Assembly (NCBI RefSeq): GCF_036321535.1
Contig: NC_087437.1
Location: forward strand, 23,562,001 to 23,626,000
Length of the DNA: 64,000 nt
Source of the DNA: Camelus dromedarius
Taxonomy: Eukaryota
Direction of reading: 5' to 3'
This document shows, piece after piece, positions 1 through 14,370 of the stretch (position 1 is its first letter; every line of letters starts with the position of its first letter). The notes beneath the pieces are model-generated. The model did no database searches and had not been told where the DNA came from. It was given only the letters and a program-made list of their open reading frames with translations. The position numbers were made by a program, and so were the translations under genes.

Positions 1-2374
1 GCAATTGGTACAAATTAAAATAGGAATTCTTTGAACTTCCAGAAAAATACCTTTAAAAAATGGGCTCTTTATAACAAATATATAATTAAGTAACCAGAGG
101 GCCTTAGGCATAAAGTGAAGGTAGCTATTAGAGAGTACACAAGAGAACAAATGAGCAAGCCAGTGTATTAATAAAGAATATGCAAAATAAATAGATCCAA
201 TATTCTTCCTCCCTCTCTCTCCTTTAAAACTCAATATAACTCTCTAAAAAGTATTTGAGTAAAGAAATAGATGTTTAAGTGTGTTACACATAAATATCAA
301 GGTTATACTAGGATAAAAAATAAAAATAAAAATATATATGTAGTTAGCAAAGATTTAGGAGTATAGAAGTAAAGGATGGAACTGTAGTAAGATATGTCAA
401 CTTTATGGGAAGGATAAATCTTATTTAATACTGACAAATTAATTAACAGATGTGTGCATGTAACTTTCATAGCTATTGAGATAATTAACTGAAGTCCTAA
501 AAACAGACTATTGAATAACGCCTCTGAGTAGAAGGGAGGAGACTTATTTTCATGTTACATCCTTCTCTAGTGACTGGATTTTTGCTACCTAGTACATGCA
601 TTGTTCTTACAACACAGATAAAGCAAATTAAAAATAACAAAATGAGATTATATCCATAAAGTATGATTGAAAAGATGGTGACTGAACTAAAAAGATGATT
701 ACCTAGCACATGATCACTTTCTACTATTGATTGCATGTGTTACTGCCAGTGCTGCTGGCCTAAACCTTGTACATTCTCACCAGCTTTCATCACCCGTTGC
801 TTTGCTAACACATAAAGCAACTGTTTTACCCCTTTGACAGCTTTTCTTGTATGACTCTGATACAAGCTCCCAGCCACTATCCCTTTATAAGCATAATGAT
901 CTGTGTGAAGCAAGCAGTGATCTCAAGGAGATGGATCTCATTATATTCCTTTTTGCATTAAAACTTTCACAGTAAAGAAGATAAGCCTATTCTGTTGAAT
1001 CTAAAAAACAGTGTTGGGATGTTACAGACTTTTGTAAAATAAATATATTAGATATGATATTTAGAAGGATCAGACAGACTCTTGCATCATCTTTCAGGGA
1101 GAGATTTCCCCATCACCCTTATTTCATCCTTTAGGACACATATTTTTCTCTGTGATAAAGGCTAGGGCTAGGTTAAATCAGCCAGCTACTCCTTTTCCCA
1201 GGAGATAAAAGGAAGAGGGAATAAATTGCAGCTGGACTGTTTCCTACATCAAAGAGTTTGAGGAGAGTTCTTAATGAATTTTGTTATGATTTTCTCTTCT
1301 TGGGAAAAAGGGCAACAAGACTCATGAGAAAGATGAAAATTTGGTTAGTAAAGGATACTCTTCTGTGGATGAAATTTTATGCATTATTACTTACTTATTT
1401 CCTTCTGGTATTTCAGGGTTCCAAACCTAGCTTCACAAACCAGTCAAACTAATGACAAAAAGAATCCCTCACCCTTGTAATTAAATGGACTTAGAAATGA
1501 TAAAGCAATTAAGAGTGCTGATAAAAGACCCATTAGGAGATGGATTCATGTGCACTGACAGCCACTGGTGGTGATGACCTTAGGTGAGATCCACTGTACG
1601 AATAACATCTTGGTAACAGGTGGGAACTGCCACTATGGACATTCCATTTATCTAAGCAATGCTAACTCCAGACCCAATGTACTGGTTCCTCCCCTTAAAA
1701 AATATACTGAAGTAGCTCTGCAGTGGGTAAACCAGGTTTCAAGGAAACCACTACCTATCCTTATTCATCTTAAGCGAGCACACTTGGACTAGTTAAAGTG
1801 TATGGTGTCTGGGGTTCCAAGATGGGAAATGTTTTTTCGTTTTCTTTCTTTTCTTGGTAAGAGAGATTTGGAGCTAGATGACTGTTCATGATTTTCTATA
1901 AAATACCTCACTGTTTTATATTTCTATAAATAGTTGAGTATTTTCTTTTTCTTCCGTTATACTGATAGTCATTAATTTCAACAGTTCGAGTGCAATGAGT
2001 ATTCGATTTGATCATGCCAAAAGTACTTATTAGGGAGCTTCAGGGTAAGTGGCTATTCCTCTAGCTATCTGAGGTGCCATTCAAAACTCAGGTGGGAGAT
2101 AAGATTCTGGAAACAACAAAGAGAAGATTGCCCTGTACAATGTTGGTGAATCAGGCGCTGATCTCATTGAATAAGTCAGAGGTGTTACAGATTGTTAAAT
2201 TAAAGTGGAAAAATTTTAAACTCCATGAATTCAGACAGAGCTGATGTCAATTTGCTATGTATTGATTTCATTAGGAAAGTTGATACTATCCAACCGCCAT
2301 CAACACACACGTGCAGTCAGCACATGCTTGAATAATCATTGTTATCCAATGGTCACTTCCTGTATCAGAAGCTT

Positions 2375-2560
2375 TTAACAAATAATGTATATATTTAATC
2401 ACCTTATAAGGTAGATATTGTTTGCTTACTACAGAAGATGAGGAAACTGAAGCTCAGCAAGTGTTAAGTGTGTACTTCAGGTGACACAGCTGCTAAGCAC
2501 TGAATCTAAGATTCAAGCCAGGCTATCTGATCCTAAAGCCTTTTCTCATCCCTCTGTATT
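2375..2560 (-). mobile_element. MIR SINE fragment
   Basis: Contains the reverse-complement MIR core (gatgaggaaactgaagctcag...gtgacacagctgctaag...gattcaagccaggctatctga). Boundaries approximate. Confidence 0.8.
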
Positions 2561-2873
2561 GTTCTAGATATCAGATAAGATGTGTTTAACTGGTCTTTTA
2601 TATATAATGCCCTTTTCTTCCCCTGGAACTTGTAGTACCATCAACGAGTTTGGCTCATGGAAAGTTGGGGTGTGAGGGACCTAGGAGTTGTCAAATTTTG
2701 AGCTTTAAGTCGCATGAATGGTGGCACCAGTTGACATCCCTGTTCTCTTATTACTTGCTTCTCTTATATTAAAAAGTAACTCAGTGGGTGTGATAATGGT
2801 GAATCTTAGCAAACCTAATGTATATGTGCAGTGATAAGTTCAATTTATGTTTCAAAATTTCAAATAATATTTT

Positions 2874-3033
2874 TTCTTTTTTCTTTTTTTAGTTTTCTAT
2901 TCATTTGTTTTTGGGGACAGGGAGATAATTAGGTTTATTTATTTATTTACTTATTTAATGGAGGTACTAGGGATTGAACCCGGGACCTCATGCATGCTAG
3001 GCGTGGGCTGTACCACTGAGCTATACCCTCCCC
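2874..3033 (-). mobile_element. Camelid tRNA-Ala-derived SINE (Vic-1-type), copy 1
   Basis: Minus strand reads GGGGAGGGTATAGCTCAGTGGTA (A box)...GGGTTCAATCCC (B box), then (TAAA)n, AAACCTAATTATCTCCC and an A-rich tail. A 13-bp TSD caaataatatttt lies at 2861-2873 and 3036-3048. Confidence 0.92.
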
Positions 3034-6000
3034 AACAAATAATATTTTCAAAAATACAAACCTAAAGTATGTTGTACTGTGCTCTTGCAGTTGAAATATG
3101 TTTGTTGTTGTTGCTTTTGTTGTCATTTGAGTTAAAAAACTCATCTTGACAGATATATTTTAATAAAGTTGTTCTGCACATGATCTGTTTTATAAATTAC
3201 TATTAATCTGTTTATAGATATAACATTTAAAATTTGAGTGTATTATATAGCAAATGTCTATCTCTTAAGGGCAAGTTGAATAGGAAAATGGATAGTCTAT
3301 CTGTATAGCCCTAAAAATTGAAATATTAAATTATCCATTATGTTGAGAGAAATTAAATGACCTAAGTTTTTTTTTTAATAAAATGTATTCTATAGTCAGA
3401 AGTCATTCATTTTTATTGACATATTTAGAAAATGCAATATAAGTAAAGGCTAGTAAATTAATATAGAACCAATTTCAACAAATATGATTGCATTTATATG
3501 TATACATTTGACATTAAACATAGTTACACTTCCATTTTCATTATATATGAAGACTACTCTGTTAAAATAATGAAACATCAAAATTAACTATGGAAAAAAA
3601 AATCTCAATTGTTCCACAAAAACAATTTGGCTCTAAACTGAAAAAAAAGGTAAACAGAAGAATCACCCAAAATTAAATCTTAACAGTTCATAGCTTTTTA
3701 ACATATTAAAAAACCTGACGATAATACCTTGTATAATATTTAGAATTATATTTTAGTTTAAAAAGACTCCCACCATATTTTAAAAAATAGCTGCATCTTT
3801 TGCCAGTAAACCATACAAAAATATTTCAGTCTTCTAGTGTCTATGGAAGTTCATGTAGGTAGTATCTTCTAATTTGTAGTATTACAACTACAATTATATA
3901 ATTTTGTGGTGATTTATTTCTAAAACTGTGTTTTATCACCTAGATATTCACTCAATGACAATTACAAGGAGCCAGGATACTGTATAAATGGTCTTCAGGT
4001 CATTACATACTGAAAAATGATTGGTAATTGCCAATAATAAAATTCGTTATTTGTGCAAATTTTATGAGTTGAGTTGTCAGAGAGATAAGTGAATTCTTAC
4101 TAAAGAAAGCACTATTCTTAAGTGAATTTAAGTGCAAGTGACTTCTATTTTTATGAGGTATTAGCTCAGAAAATCAAACTGCCATTTAACTTTGCTCTAG
4201 TGAGCCTATTGTCTTCATTTCATGTCCTTCTTGGGATACATTTTTCTCTGTATTCTTGAAGATTTATTCATGAACTCCCATTAGCATTAATAGGGGTTGT
4301 ATAACTCTATCCCCTACACAGCCAGTGGTAAATGAAATCTCTTTGGCATAATTTTCTGGCATTTAAATGAGTCTTGGGCTTTATAAAATACAATTATGGT
4401 GCAATGTTACTAATGTAAATACCGAGAAGATATGGGAAAGGGAATTAAAGGTGCCCTTTATAATGACACATGAGAGGCTACACTTTCTCAAATTGAAAGG
4501 CACAATTGAGAGGAGTTCTCACATTATCAATCTGATCATCACCAGTTCAGGGAATAGTACTGTCTCTCATGGAATTAACAGATATTAAATCCAGAATCTG
4601 ACTTAACCATCAGATCATGTAACTTTTTTTTTTAACAGTGGAAACAATGGCAAAGTTTTTTTATTGCTAGTACTTGACTTTTTAAACTGCAGGGATAGTA
4701 TTTATAGCTCACCTTGCCTGCAAAAGACTGTAATCATGTACAGATCTTTTAAGCATAGCTTCAGTGTTAGGAGAGTTACATAATTTCCAGTGGGAAGGTT
4801 AAAACAATGATAAACAAAGTATCTAGGAATAGGCCACATGCATTTCATAGTGCTAAAAACTGCCAAGCTCTTGAAGATATTAAGAATGGGAACTCTTTTC
4901 ACCCTACTCCAAACACCTGCTACAGATCTAATGTGAGATCAAGTTTGATCCTCCCTTCTAAGGAGTGCACTGAATATTATAAATTTAATACAGATATATA
5001 AGGAAATCTCATCATTCCCAAATTTTGCCTTGTCATGTCACTGTTCCTTTAATTCCACTATTAGTAATTTGTCTCTTTGTATCCCAGAGGAAATTTTTTA
5101 AATATCTTCTGGAAATCTTTATAAAATTGAGTCCAAAAGTAACCTAGCTTACAAGCAGGAAAGGAGCAACACAGTAAGTCAATAACAGTTTAGTAGAACT
5201 TTCTTCCCCCACCGCAAGTCAACTGAGAATCTGTATTTGTTTGAATGGGACAACATGCAAACTGGAAGAAATTGGACCCCAGAGTCAGAGGAATAAGGAG
5301 GGCAGGGTAAAGAGTAGAGGGGAACATCTCTGACCACTTCATACTGAGCTTGAAGTTGGTTCTGCTCCTAGGGGTAGCAGGAGATTACAACCACAAGTCA
5401 ATCTCATTCATTCAGTTCATTGATTGCTTTATAGTATGGGATATGCAGTATTTGTTTCAGATTTAGACAAATCTGGATTAATGACTTTTATCTTGACAAA
5501 AATAAACATTCTGAACCTCATTTTTCCAATCTGATAATACTTGATAGCTGTTAGCATTGAAGAAGAATAAACCAAGTGACAACTAGTTTGATAGTTGGCA
5601 TGTGGTAATATTCCCTCTGCGTCAAGGTGGAGGGTCTCCTGGAACTGGTGGGTCACCATGACCAGCAGTGAGATCTCGCTCTTGTTTGTAATTTCAGATT
5701 CAGGAGGGAAGGTAGTTATAATCTGGACACCCACCACGTTTCAACGTCTGTTACTTAAACTTAGTTTCATCTCATGAATAATTTTAAATGATTTTGCATA
5801 CATTTTGGTATTTAATGGAAAACTTCCATAGCTGTGGCATTCCTTCCATATGTGCTATCCTACCCTTGGGTGGTTATCTCTGTGGTTCTTTATCCATAGC
5901 AGCTGAGAGCATGATATTTTGGAATGCAGTTTGAATCACAGACATCAGTAGAAGTGCAACTCTATATAGGCCCAGAGTGGTATGAGAAGTGTGCATAAAA

Positions 6001-6902
6001 TGCCACACAATGATATCATATAACTTGTTTTTAGATCACATTTCAGATGAAAGAGCCTGAATTTCTGTTACATTTATGGTCCCAGGTTTATTTTCTCCAC
6101 TCTGCTATTATGAAAACACGGTGTTTGGAGAAAGCTAATCTGTCAGCTTTTTAAATGATGGATTGGAGAGTGGAGATATCTGTTTCAACAAATAAGTATT
6201 GAATTATTATTTTTCAGGCCAATGCAAGCCCTTTGTGTACATTGAATCAGAACAAGCGGTATTTAAGTTGTTTTCAGAGTCTTTTGATTCTAAGGAACAT
6301 TCTCAGGGTCACACAGGTAACATGTGGAAGAACCTAGATACTATCAAAGTTCTATGAGGCTGTTTTCTGGAAATATGTTAACTGCTGCTGAGTCCACTTG
6401 CAGACAAGAAGAATGCATGTGGACACATACACAAAAACAAAGTTTTAACAAACACTTGGGAACCTTGGTCACTCAGGATTTGGCTCATAGGGCTGGCACA
6501 GTTTTACCAATAACACTAAATTGTTGCTGTTGTGACCGACACCGTTCAAAGAAAACACGCCACCTCTCTTGCATATATCCTCAGACAAGAGTCAGCTTGC
6601 TTCCTAATACCATAAATGTTTGCTACCTCTACATCAGGGACACATTGAAAGGATTTGAACCACATAAGTGCTTATAAAAGAAAAGTCAAATTAATTGCCC
6701 TGTCAAATCTTTAATTTGAGTAATATTATTGAAACAGATTCTCCCATTTGTCTTCTTTTAACTCTTCATGTAACAAATTGTTGTTGTGGAAGTATTCATG
6801 AATTACTGTAGCATTTCAATGATTGCATATGATGGTTGGAGAGATGTTCCAATATTAAATGATTCAAATTAATCTTACATTTGTGTATAGGTAATTCTAG
6901 AC

Positions 6903-7127
6903 CAGGGATCAGCAAGCCATAGCCCACAGGCAACATCCAGCCTGCTGTCTGTTTCTGGAAAAACTTTTTCTTTGGTAACACGGTCATACCCCTTCATTTA
7001 TATATTATATATGTTACTTTCATCTACATTGACAGAGTTGAGTGGTTGTAACAGAACAATATAGCCCATAAAATTAAAAAAAAAAATTACTATCTAGTTC
7101 TTTACATAAAAAGTTTGGCAATCCCTG
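6903..7127 (+). mobile_element. MER58A-type hAT-Charlie non-autonomous DNA transposon
   Basis: Termini cagggatcagcaa...tttggcaatccctg; internal cagagttgagtggttgtaacaga and ttactatctagttctttacataaaaagtttg match the recalled MER58A consensus. Left flank ttctagac is a typical Charlie target. Confidence 0.85.
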
Positions 7128-9159
7128 AATGTACCTGTAGAATGTTACTAATTTTTATATTGGTAACTAGATATACAAAGAATGTTAAAATCATAGATAG
7201 TATAACCTTTCTAAGATATTTAATTATATTTGATTGAATCTTAATAATGACATAAAATTCAACTTTATGTGAATAATTTAAATTTTTATTTTCTCAATTA
7301 TAATTACTATATTGCCTATTAATAAAATTTTGAATATTTTAGAAGAAAATATCTTAAATATTGACAATAATTTTAATTTTTCATTTTTAAATTATCTATG
7401 CTATTCTTTTTTGATTAAGATATATCCAAGTTTTTACCCTTTGAATATAATTACATTTTATGTTTAATCCCATAAATCATTGAGAACAAGAACAAGTACA
7501 AGAATTAGGGAGAAGTAAAAAATATGAAAGTGGACACACTCAGAAAAGAGTAAAAGCTGAAAATAAAAATAAAAATTTTGAAATTATGACAATATATTTT
7601 ATCAAGGTAGGAGGATAGAGCATAATTATTAATTAGTTCATTGGCTTGACTTATAACTGTTTATTTAGGCCCCTGGTATGTGGGCCTCCATTTATGCTCT
7701 TGGCCCCAGCCTGCAAATGTTTGGAATGAGCCTGATAAGTTCCAAACTAGGCAATACAGTAGTCGGCTGCTTTAGGGCTTCCGTATCTGGATATGTCACC
7801 CTAAATTTTATCAGCTTGTCTGTCTAGAAAGAGTGAACCAACCCTAATCTTGGCAGGTCTGTTGATCAAGAGGGAGAGCCTCTCAGCTTCTTGTTGACAG
7901 TAACACTTGGCATTTGGAGCTGTGGTCCAAGATAGAACTGGTCATGATACTTCATAGTCTCTTAATTTTTTCATAATTATGCACCTGCTATTTGGGCAGA
8001 GGCATTTTTATTTTTAGCAACTAAGATTTATATGGCTTTTCTGGCTAAAGTGTTAATTTATAATTGAAAAGTCATGTTTTATAAGAAAATATACAATCCT
8101 ACAAAATATATTTAAATTAATATTTCCAGTTGATTAGGCATACTGTAAAAAGCACATGCAATAATTTTCCTCAACCAATCAAATTTATTTCAGCATCAGG
8201 GTTAAATGACCCAGATTCAGTTTAACTAAATATAGATGATAAAATTAAAATATAGGCCATGGTTATTTTAAAAATTCACCTGGTTTGGTTAGGTGGGGGG
8301 GTCACTGGAAGACACATCAGCAAGATAGGTAGTCGTGCTTCAGAAGTGAAGCCAAGGTAAGAGAAGTTCCTGTGATTTATGATGTGGAGGAACATGCCTT
8401 TTGTATATAACATTGTGAACCAGAAAAAGCAAGTAGTTTTGAAATTGCAGAAGCTGACCTTCGGGACTGAACTTGTAGGTGAACTTCCTCAGGTAGTCTA
8501 ACAGTAAAGAGTGGGACTGTAAAGTTTATTTACTTAACAACGTTTCTTCCAAGTAACACTCGTTATAACATCTAATCTGATATCAACCTAAAAATACAGG
8601 CTTCCATGGGAACGTTTTAGAACTGCATCTGCCCACATTCTCTGGCATACTTTGAGCAACTCCATTAGAAACATAAGCTTAAAAAAAAAAAAGACTTTCT
8701 GTAATCCTCTCCATTGGACAATTTATCTTCTTCTATCTGTAGCTGGGGTCTGAAGTTTTGTACTGATTTAAGTCACTGAATCAACACATGTAGTCCTTTC
8801 AGTGTAGGGATGTGTCACCCTACTTGTCTGAGTGAGTGCTTCCTGGCTGGCCCAAGTGCTTGTAAGGGCTCCTTGTCTCCTCAGCACAAGGTATACTGTA
8901 AATCTAACTCATAAGCTGAAACATACATGATTTCCCTGCTTGTTTCCATGACTTTTTGTCCAAACACAAAAAGAAACAAAGAGGTCTCACCTGTGTATTT
9001 CCACTTTCTGTTTCACATCTCTGAAGCTCAAGAGTATTTAAAATGAACTTGGCAAGCCCTTCTTATTTTACACCTCATCTTTGTATTTAATAAATCTATT
9101 TACTAGTCTCTGCATTCAGTTTAATTCAGCAAACTTTTATTGCTCAGTGAAAGCTTCAC

Positions 9160-9968
9160 TTTGTCCCCGCCCTCTCCTTTTTTTTTATCGCCACTGCCTT
9201 CCACCTGCTTAGCGAAAGCCAGCATCATCTGCGTCCTACACAACGGCATTTCTCTCCTGACTGGCTGCTGGCCTTCTTGCTTCCATTCATCCTGTTTTCC
9301 ACATAGCAACCAGATTTTTTTTTTAAAGTTATCTACTTATTCTCCTTGACCTTTGGTGTCTTTCCACCACCTTCCAAATGAGACTCTTTAACATTGAGGT
9401 GGACTCTATATAACACTCTCTGCTGGGACTCACTGCCTCAGATTCTGCATCTTCTCCAGCTTTATCTCAGATATTCTTCCCTTTTGGAATCTTGCTCTAG
9501 TTGAACTGGCTTTTTCTTACTAGGTTTATTCCTGTCTTGTGTGGCATGAACGTGGAATAGCCTAAACTTTCCCAGTCTGAAGTGGGTTCTCAGGGGAGAG
9601 GGTAGAGCTCAGTGGTAGTGTGCATGCTTAGCATACACAAGGTCCTGGGTTCAATCCCCAGAACCTCCATTAAAAATAAATAAATAAAAACCTAATTGTG
9701 CCCCTCCCCCCACCAAATAAATAAACAAATACAGTGGATTTTCCCTTGCCCGTCTTCATTTCTCTGGCCCTGCTCTTTTACTTTATAGCATTTACTGTAA
9801 TTTTCAATAATATATTTTTTGTTGGCTAGTTTTCCTATGGCCTCTCTTCTCTATTTTACTCTAAGCTCCAGGAAGGCAGAGTTATCGTATCTTTTGTGTG
9901 ACAGTAGAGGTTTTGCTAGAGCTCAGTAGTGTCTGACACATTATAGGCACGTCACGTGATAAATAATT
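9160..9968 (+). mobile_element. L2 LINE 3' fragment, interrupted by SINE copy 2
   Basis: L2-like blocks ccacatagcaaccaga, ctctaagctccaggaaggcagag and gtagtgtctgacacattataggcac. Boundaries approximate. Confidence 0.7.
9593..9732 (+). mobile_element. Camelid tRNA-Ala-derived SINE (Vic-1-type), copy 2
   Basis: ggggagagggtagagctcagtggtag...gcttagcat (AGC anticodon remnant)...gggttcaatcccc, then (taaa)n and aaacctaattg. Degenerate TSD agtgggttctc (9581-9591) / agtggattttc (9733-9743). Confidence 0.92.
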
Positions 9969-10357
9969 AGGGAATGTATAATTGATGGGTTGAATAAATT
10001 AACCCATAAATTATTTGTAGGAAAAGAAATAATAAATCTCTTAATATTTTCTTGAGGGAAAATTTTTCTCCCCAGGGAAAGAACTTAAAATACATTTGAT
10101 ATTCATCAAATAGACAAGGATTAGAGAACATTAATACTCCCATGTCTATGATGAACAACATAAAGAGAATGAAAATGTATGTGTAGAGAGTTGAGAAGGA
10201 CAGAAGAATAACCACAGATACATCTGGAGAGGTTTGTTGGGATGAGTTTGAATGTGCTCCAGTATTTGAATTTCAGCTTATAGGAGTATGAGGAATCACT
10301 GAGGGTTTTTAAGTAGCAGACTGGTATGACCATGTTTATGTTTTACCTTGGTTTGTT

Positions 10358-10376
10358 TGTGTGTGTGTGTGTGTGT
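10358..10376. repeat. (TG)9 microsatellite
   Basis: Read directly. Confidence 0.95.
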
Positions 10377-13300
10377 ATAAGAATAAGAAAGAAGAAGCGA
10401 GAGGAAATTTGTTTGATGAAGGCAAATAAACTAAACTAGTGGAGAGTATTTAGTAGGACACTGAAATAGGTTAGAAAAAGACCATGAGAGGGTCTGTCAA
10501 AGAATAGTGTGAAGTGAAATTGACATTATAATAATTCAGAAAGAAAGAATGAATCAAGAATAAATGCAGATTCTTAAGTTGTATACATCTGAGGCAGTTG
10601 CCTGTTTGAACTGAAGCAGATACATATATATATGAGATATTGATACATACGATAACTAAACAATATAGTTTTATGCACACATAAAATACTGTCTTCAATT
10701 AATATTTCAGTAGCTGAGTTTTGGCATCCAATTTCTATCCTGCTGTTGCCAAACATACACCAAAAATAATGGATAATCCAAAGTTTTTATGCCTCCTGCC
10801 CCATAGACATCACTGGAATGAGAACATTGATCTTTCAAAGAAATTCTGATGTACAGTAGCAGCAAAATTCTTGCCCTCTGGAAGAATAAATGAATGAATG
10901 ATAATATTAATACCCTTCTATCCTTACCATGTAAAGTATATGATACACCTGGCTAAGTCAGCTAATATAACAGTGAGGATAAATACTCTAGGCAAGAGAT
11001 TGAGTCACTGTAAATTCACAGCAAATCAGCCAAATTTTTGGTATCTAGTTGAATACCTCAAATATTAAATAATACACGTTTGTTTTTCCAAAGAAAATAA
11101 ATAAGACAAGGAGACAAAATATAACAAATCTGACAATGCTCAACAGAAAAAGTCAATTGGTCACGTTTTACTTAAAGTTTAAGTTTTGGAGTATACATAG
11201 ACTCAGTTACTCCATCCAGAATATTGGATGGCTCCTGAACAATACTAAAATGAATTATACACCTTTAATAAAAGCAATTTCAATTCATCTTTCAAGGTCA
11301 TATCTTTGTGGACTATAAATAGGGCAGGGGAGTTAGAAACGCCATTACTATTCCACTCCATGCCTTACCCCGCAAAGCTGTTTCTACCTAGACCATTTTA
11401 TAGCCTTGATTTGTTAAGAACTGATTAAACTTCATTAACAAGATACATTATTTAATAGTGATTGTTAAAAAAAAATCTTTAAGGGTTTTCAGAGAGTGAG
11501 CTTAAAGCAGTCTTAATCTTTGACAAGCGATGATTTATATAGTATCTTAAATGTATTTGCAGCCCTGGAAAGGTTTATGTTTGTTATGTTCTGAGAAAAT
11601 AGGCATTTCATCAACTTGATTCAACCACCAGAATGCACATAAATTGGAGAAAGTAGAGACTTGGGGTAATGATACATTATACTTAGGCTAGCAGAAAACT
11701 ATCCTGAGCATTGAAATGTATAACACAGGAGGGGTTACTATATCTTGTTATGGTATTACCCAAGACAACCAAACTTCCTAATAATTTTTTTTTAAGTTTC
11801 AAATCTGGAAAATAGACCATATAATCTAGAATTTTATAGTCTAGTGCTTGAAGAGATTCACTCTAGCAAGGAAGAGTTTTTAAATTATGCTTTACCTACC
11901 AGATTTCTCAAATACGAATTAGTTTTGAAAACTTCTCCAGCTCTTAGGCATGCATAATAAGCTAAAAATAGATGTAAGTCAGTCTTAAAAGCTGACATGC
12001 CTATGAGCAACAAAATTCTGCAGTGGTTTTGCAGTAAGTTAAGCAACTGAAAAGAAAATGTTACATTTGCATCATTCACTTTGAAAATGATATCTTAAAA
12101 CATCTCTTTAAGTGTTTGATTCAGCTGATGGCAGAATCACCACAGTGATGCAGGTGTTCTTTGGTCCATAATGACATTGATGAGGGAAAACAATGTTCAT
12201 CATTGGGACTGAGGTGTCCCAACATTCCCAGATGCTTATAGCGGAGGTACCAGGCTTACTCTTAGACTACGAAACTGTATTTTTAATTTTATTTATTCTA
12301 TTTGGGGGTGGAGTTGAACAAAACAATAGTTACTAAAAAAATAGAAGTAAATCTTTGAGAAAATTTGTGAGAGAGATTCCCTCTGAAGTATGTTTCATAA
12401 AGTTAGAGACATTTATACGTGCAAAAAAATATAAGGAATGTAAATCCAGTTTGTAGTTTACTTGGCAATTTGCAAATACTATTTATAAGATCCCTTTGAA
12501 ATGCTATTCTGTATAACTCATGTATTATCCAACTCAATGTTCTTTTTGAAAGTGACATTATGGCATAATTGTTAAAGGGTAAGGAGTGTAACTTCCATGC
12601 CATAATCTCCGAAGATTTGGGGTACTCAGTGCGACATTCTCTTTATTTTACATAGATGCATACGGAGATAGGAAGATAGTAAGGAAGTCACTCTAAGTTT
12701 TATGACTGTGCCAGGGGAAATGCTAATAATTCTTTCTGAGTCTATTTCAAGGGAATAAAACTTGTCTTAGAGCTTCTCAGGACTATTGGCTAAATCAGTA
12801 GAAGCCATAAGCATAGAAGTATAAGCACTTTGTTGAATGTTTTGAGTGTTGGTTTAAATTTTGAGCAAGGTTAATTGATTGGTTGAGGTGAAGTGGAGAG
12901 TGAAACAGCTGAGCACATCTGGTGTCAGGCGATAAGAACCACAACCACACACTCCAGTGCCCTTCTGGAAAGGGAGGAGCTGCCCTCGTCTAGAGAGCTG
13001 CATAAAGATCTCCTGCCTTTGCTGCCTGATGTCCCTGCTGGGAGCTCCTGATGAAAGCGGTCCCCATCCTCCGACAGAAGAAAGAAGGGGATTTGTGATT
13101 TAAGGAGAATTGTAGGATGCTGAAATAAGCTTTATATGCTTTATTTCTCTTTTCCTCCATTAGTGTTCCCTGATTACTGTCAGTTGGGTGGGTGAAACTG
13201 TGAGGTAAGCCCTCTGCCTCTAGAAACTCTCTTTCTCACTTCTGGGACAAGGCATCCAATAATATAAGCTCATGTATTTAACACAAAAGTCTACATATGT

Positions 13301-13488
13301 GTATGGTTTTTATTTTTTAGGCATGTTCACATATACAGAAACACTTAAAGATAAGTCCTAGCAACAGGCATTATTTCTAGTCTAGTGCTTTTGGCTTTAT
13401 TTCAGAGAGGAAAAAAAAATACTTGGATAACAAAGATGCCCCTTAAGGTGAAGGCAGAGTCGAGCAGGTATGAAGAATGATAATGTAG

Positions 13489-13655
13489 ACCATCCTTTGA
13501 AACTTTACTGTGCAGAGGAATCACTTAGGGATCTTATTAAAATGCAGATTCTGAATGAGTAGGTCTGAGATGAGTCTTGTAGTTCTATATTTCTAATAAG
13601 TTCCCTTGTGATGATAATTCGTCTGGTCTTCAGACTAAATTTTGAGTAACAAGAG
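13489..13655. mobile_element. MER5-family hAT-Charlie element
   Basis: gaatcacttagggatcttattaaaatgcagattctga...gtaggtctgagatg...atttctaataagttccc...ttttgagtaaca is the MER5A/B pattern. Confidence 0.8.
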
Positions 13656-14370
13656 TCTTAAATTCTGACCATAGAATGTTAAAATGGAAAGAACAAACTG
13701 AAACTTGACTCCCCACAGTTTACATGGAAGTAAATTTTGCTTTTCCATTTGGGTTATTTCTTATTTTCTTCTGGAAGTCTTGAAAAGATAAAAAAGAAAA
13801 ATATCCCTGAGGCCAGACTTACCAGTTCTTTTTTCTGCCTGAACACAGTATAAAATTTTAAAAAATCATCTATATACAAATGATGTTTAAGTTAGCGTAT
13901 TTATTTAGTAACCTGCTTATAATATTTACATTGTACTAAACATTAATTATTTGGGCTGTGGACTAAAATTGTATGTTTTGTAAATGCAGTTGAATCCAAG
14001 ATGTCTGTAATACCATAATTAGCCATTAAATCTTAGTGGTCTCCAGCAGTGAAATGGGGATACATATTTATGGTAGATGGGAAAAATATGCTACAGTGTT
14101 TAGCCATCCACCTTTATCGTCTCAGTCACTACATACATGACAAAAGCAGCTTGCCTCATGGCCGGGAGAGAAGTGGATAAAAGCGGCTGCCCCCGTCGTG
14201 AGACTAGAGCCTTATGGAAATATATATAGTAAAATATAGCAAATTTCTCACACATTTTTGATGATTTAAAATGTAATTGAAAAACACTTCTGTAAGGATC
14301 TTGGTAAGAAACATTTCCCCTCAGTTTAGTAATTCTATTCAGTAAAGGTTTTACTACTCAGAACAGCACA

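Noticed and set aside
1416..1583. Plus-strand exon-like segment (tatttcag|...TAG|gtgaga)
   Set aside because: Stops in all three frames and no other support; a non-coding exon cannot be excluded.
5429..5777. Overlapping opposite-strand ORFs (102 aa and 60 aa)
   Set aside because: Non-ATG starts, no recognisable homology and no convincing pair of splice sites.
9593..9670. tRNA-Ala(AGC) gene (also the copies near 3033 and 20990)
   Set aside because: Stems are disrupted and each copy has a SINE tail and TSD.
12173..12218. Box C/D-like motif pair (TGATGA 12178-12183, CTGA 12209-12212) with flanking GACAT/GTGTC
   Set aside because: About 45 nt is too short for a C/D snoRNA, box C lacks the 5' purine, and the terminal stem register does not fit a K-turn.
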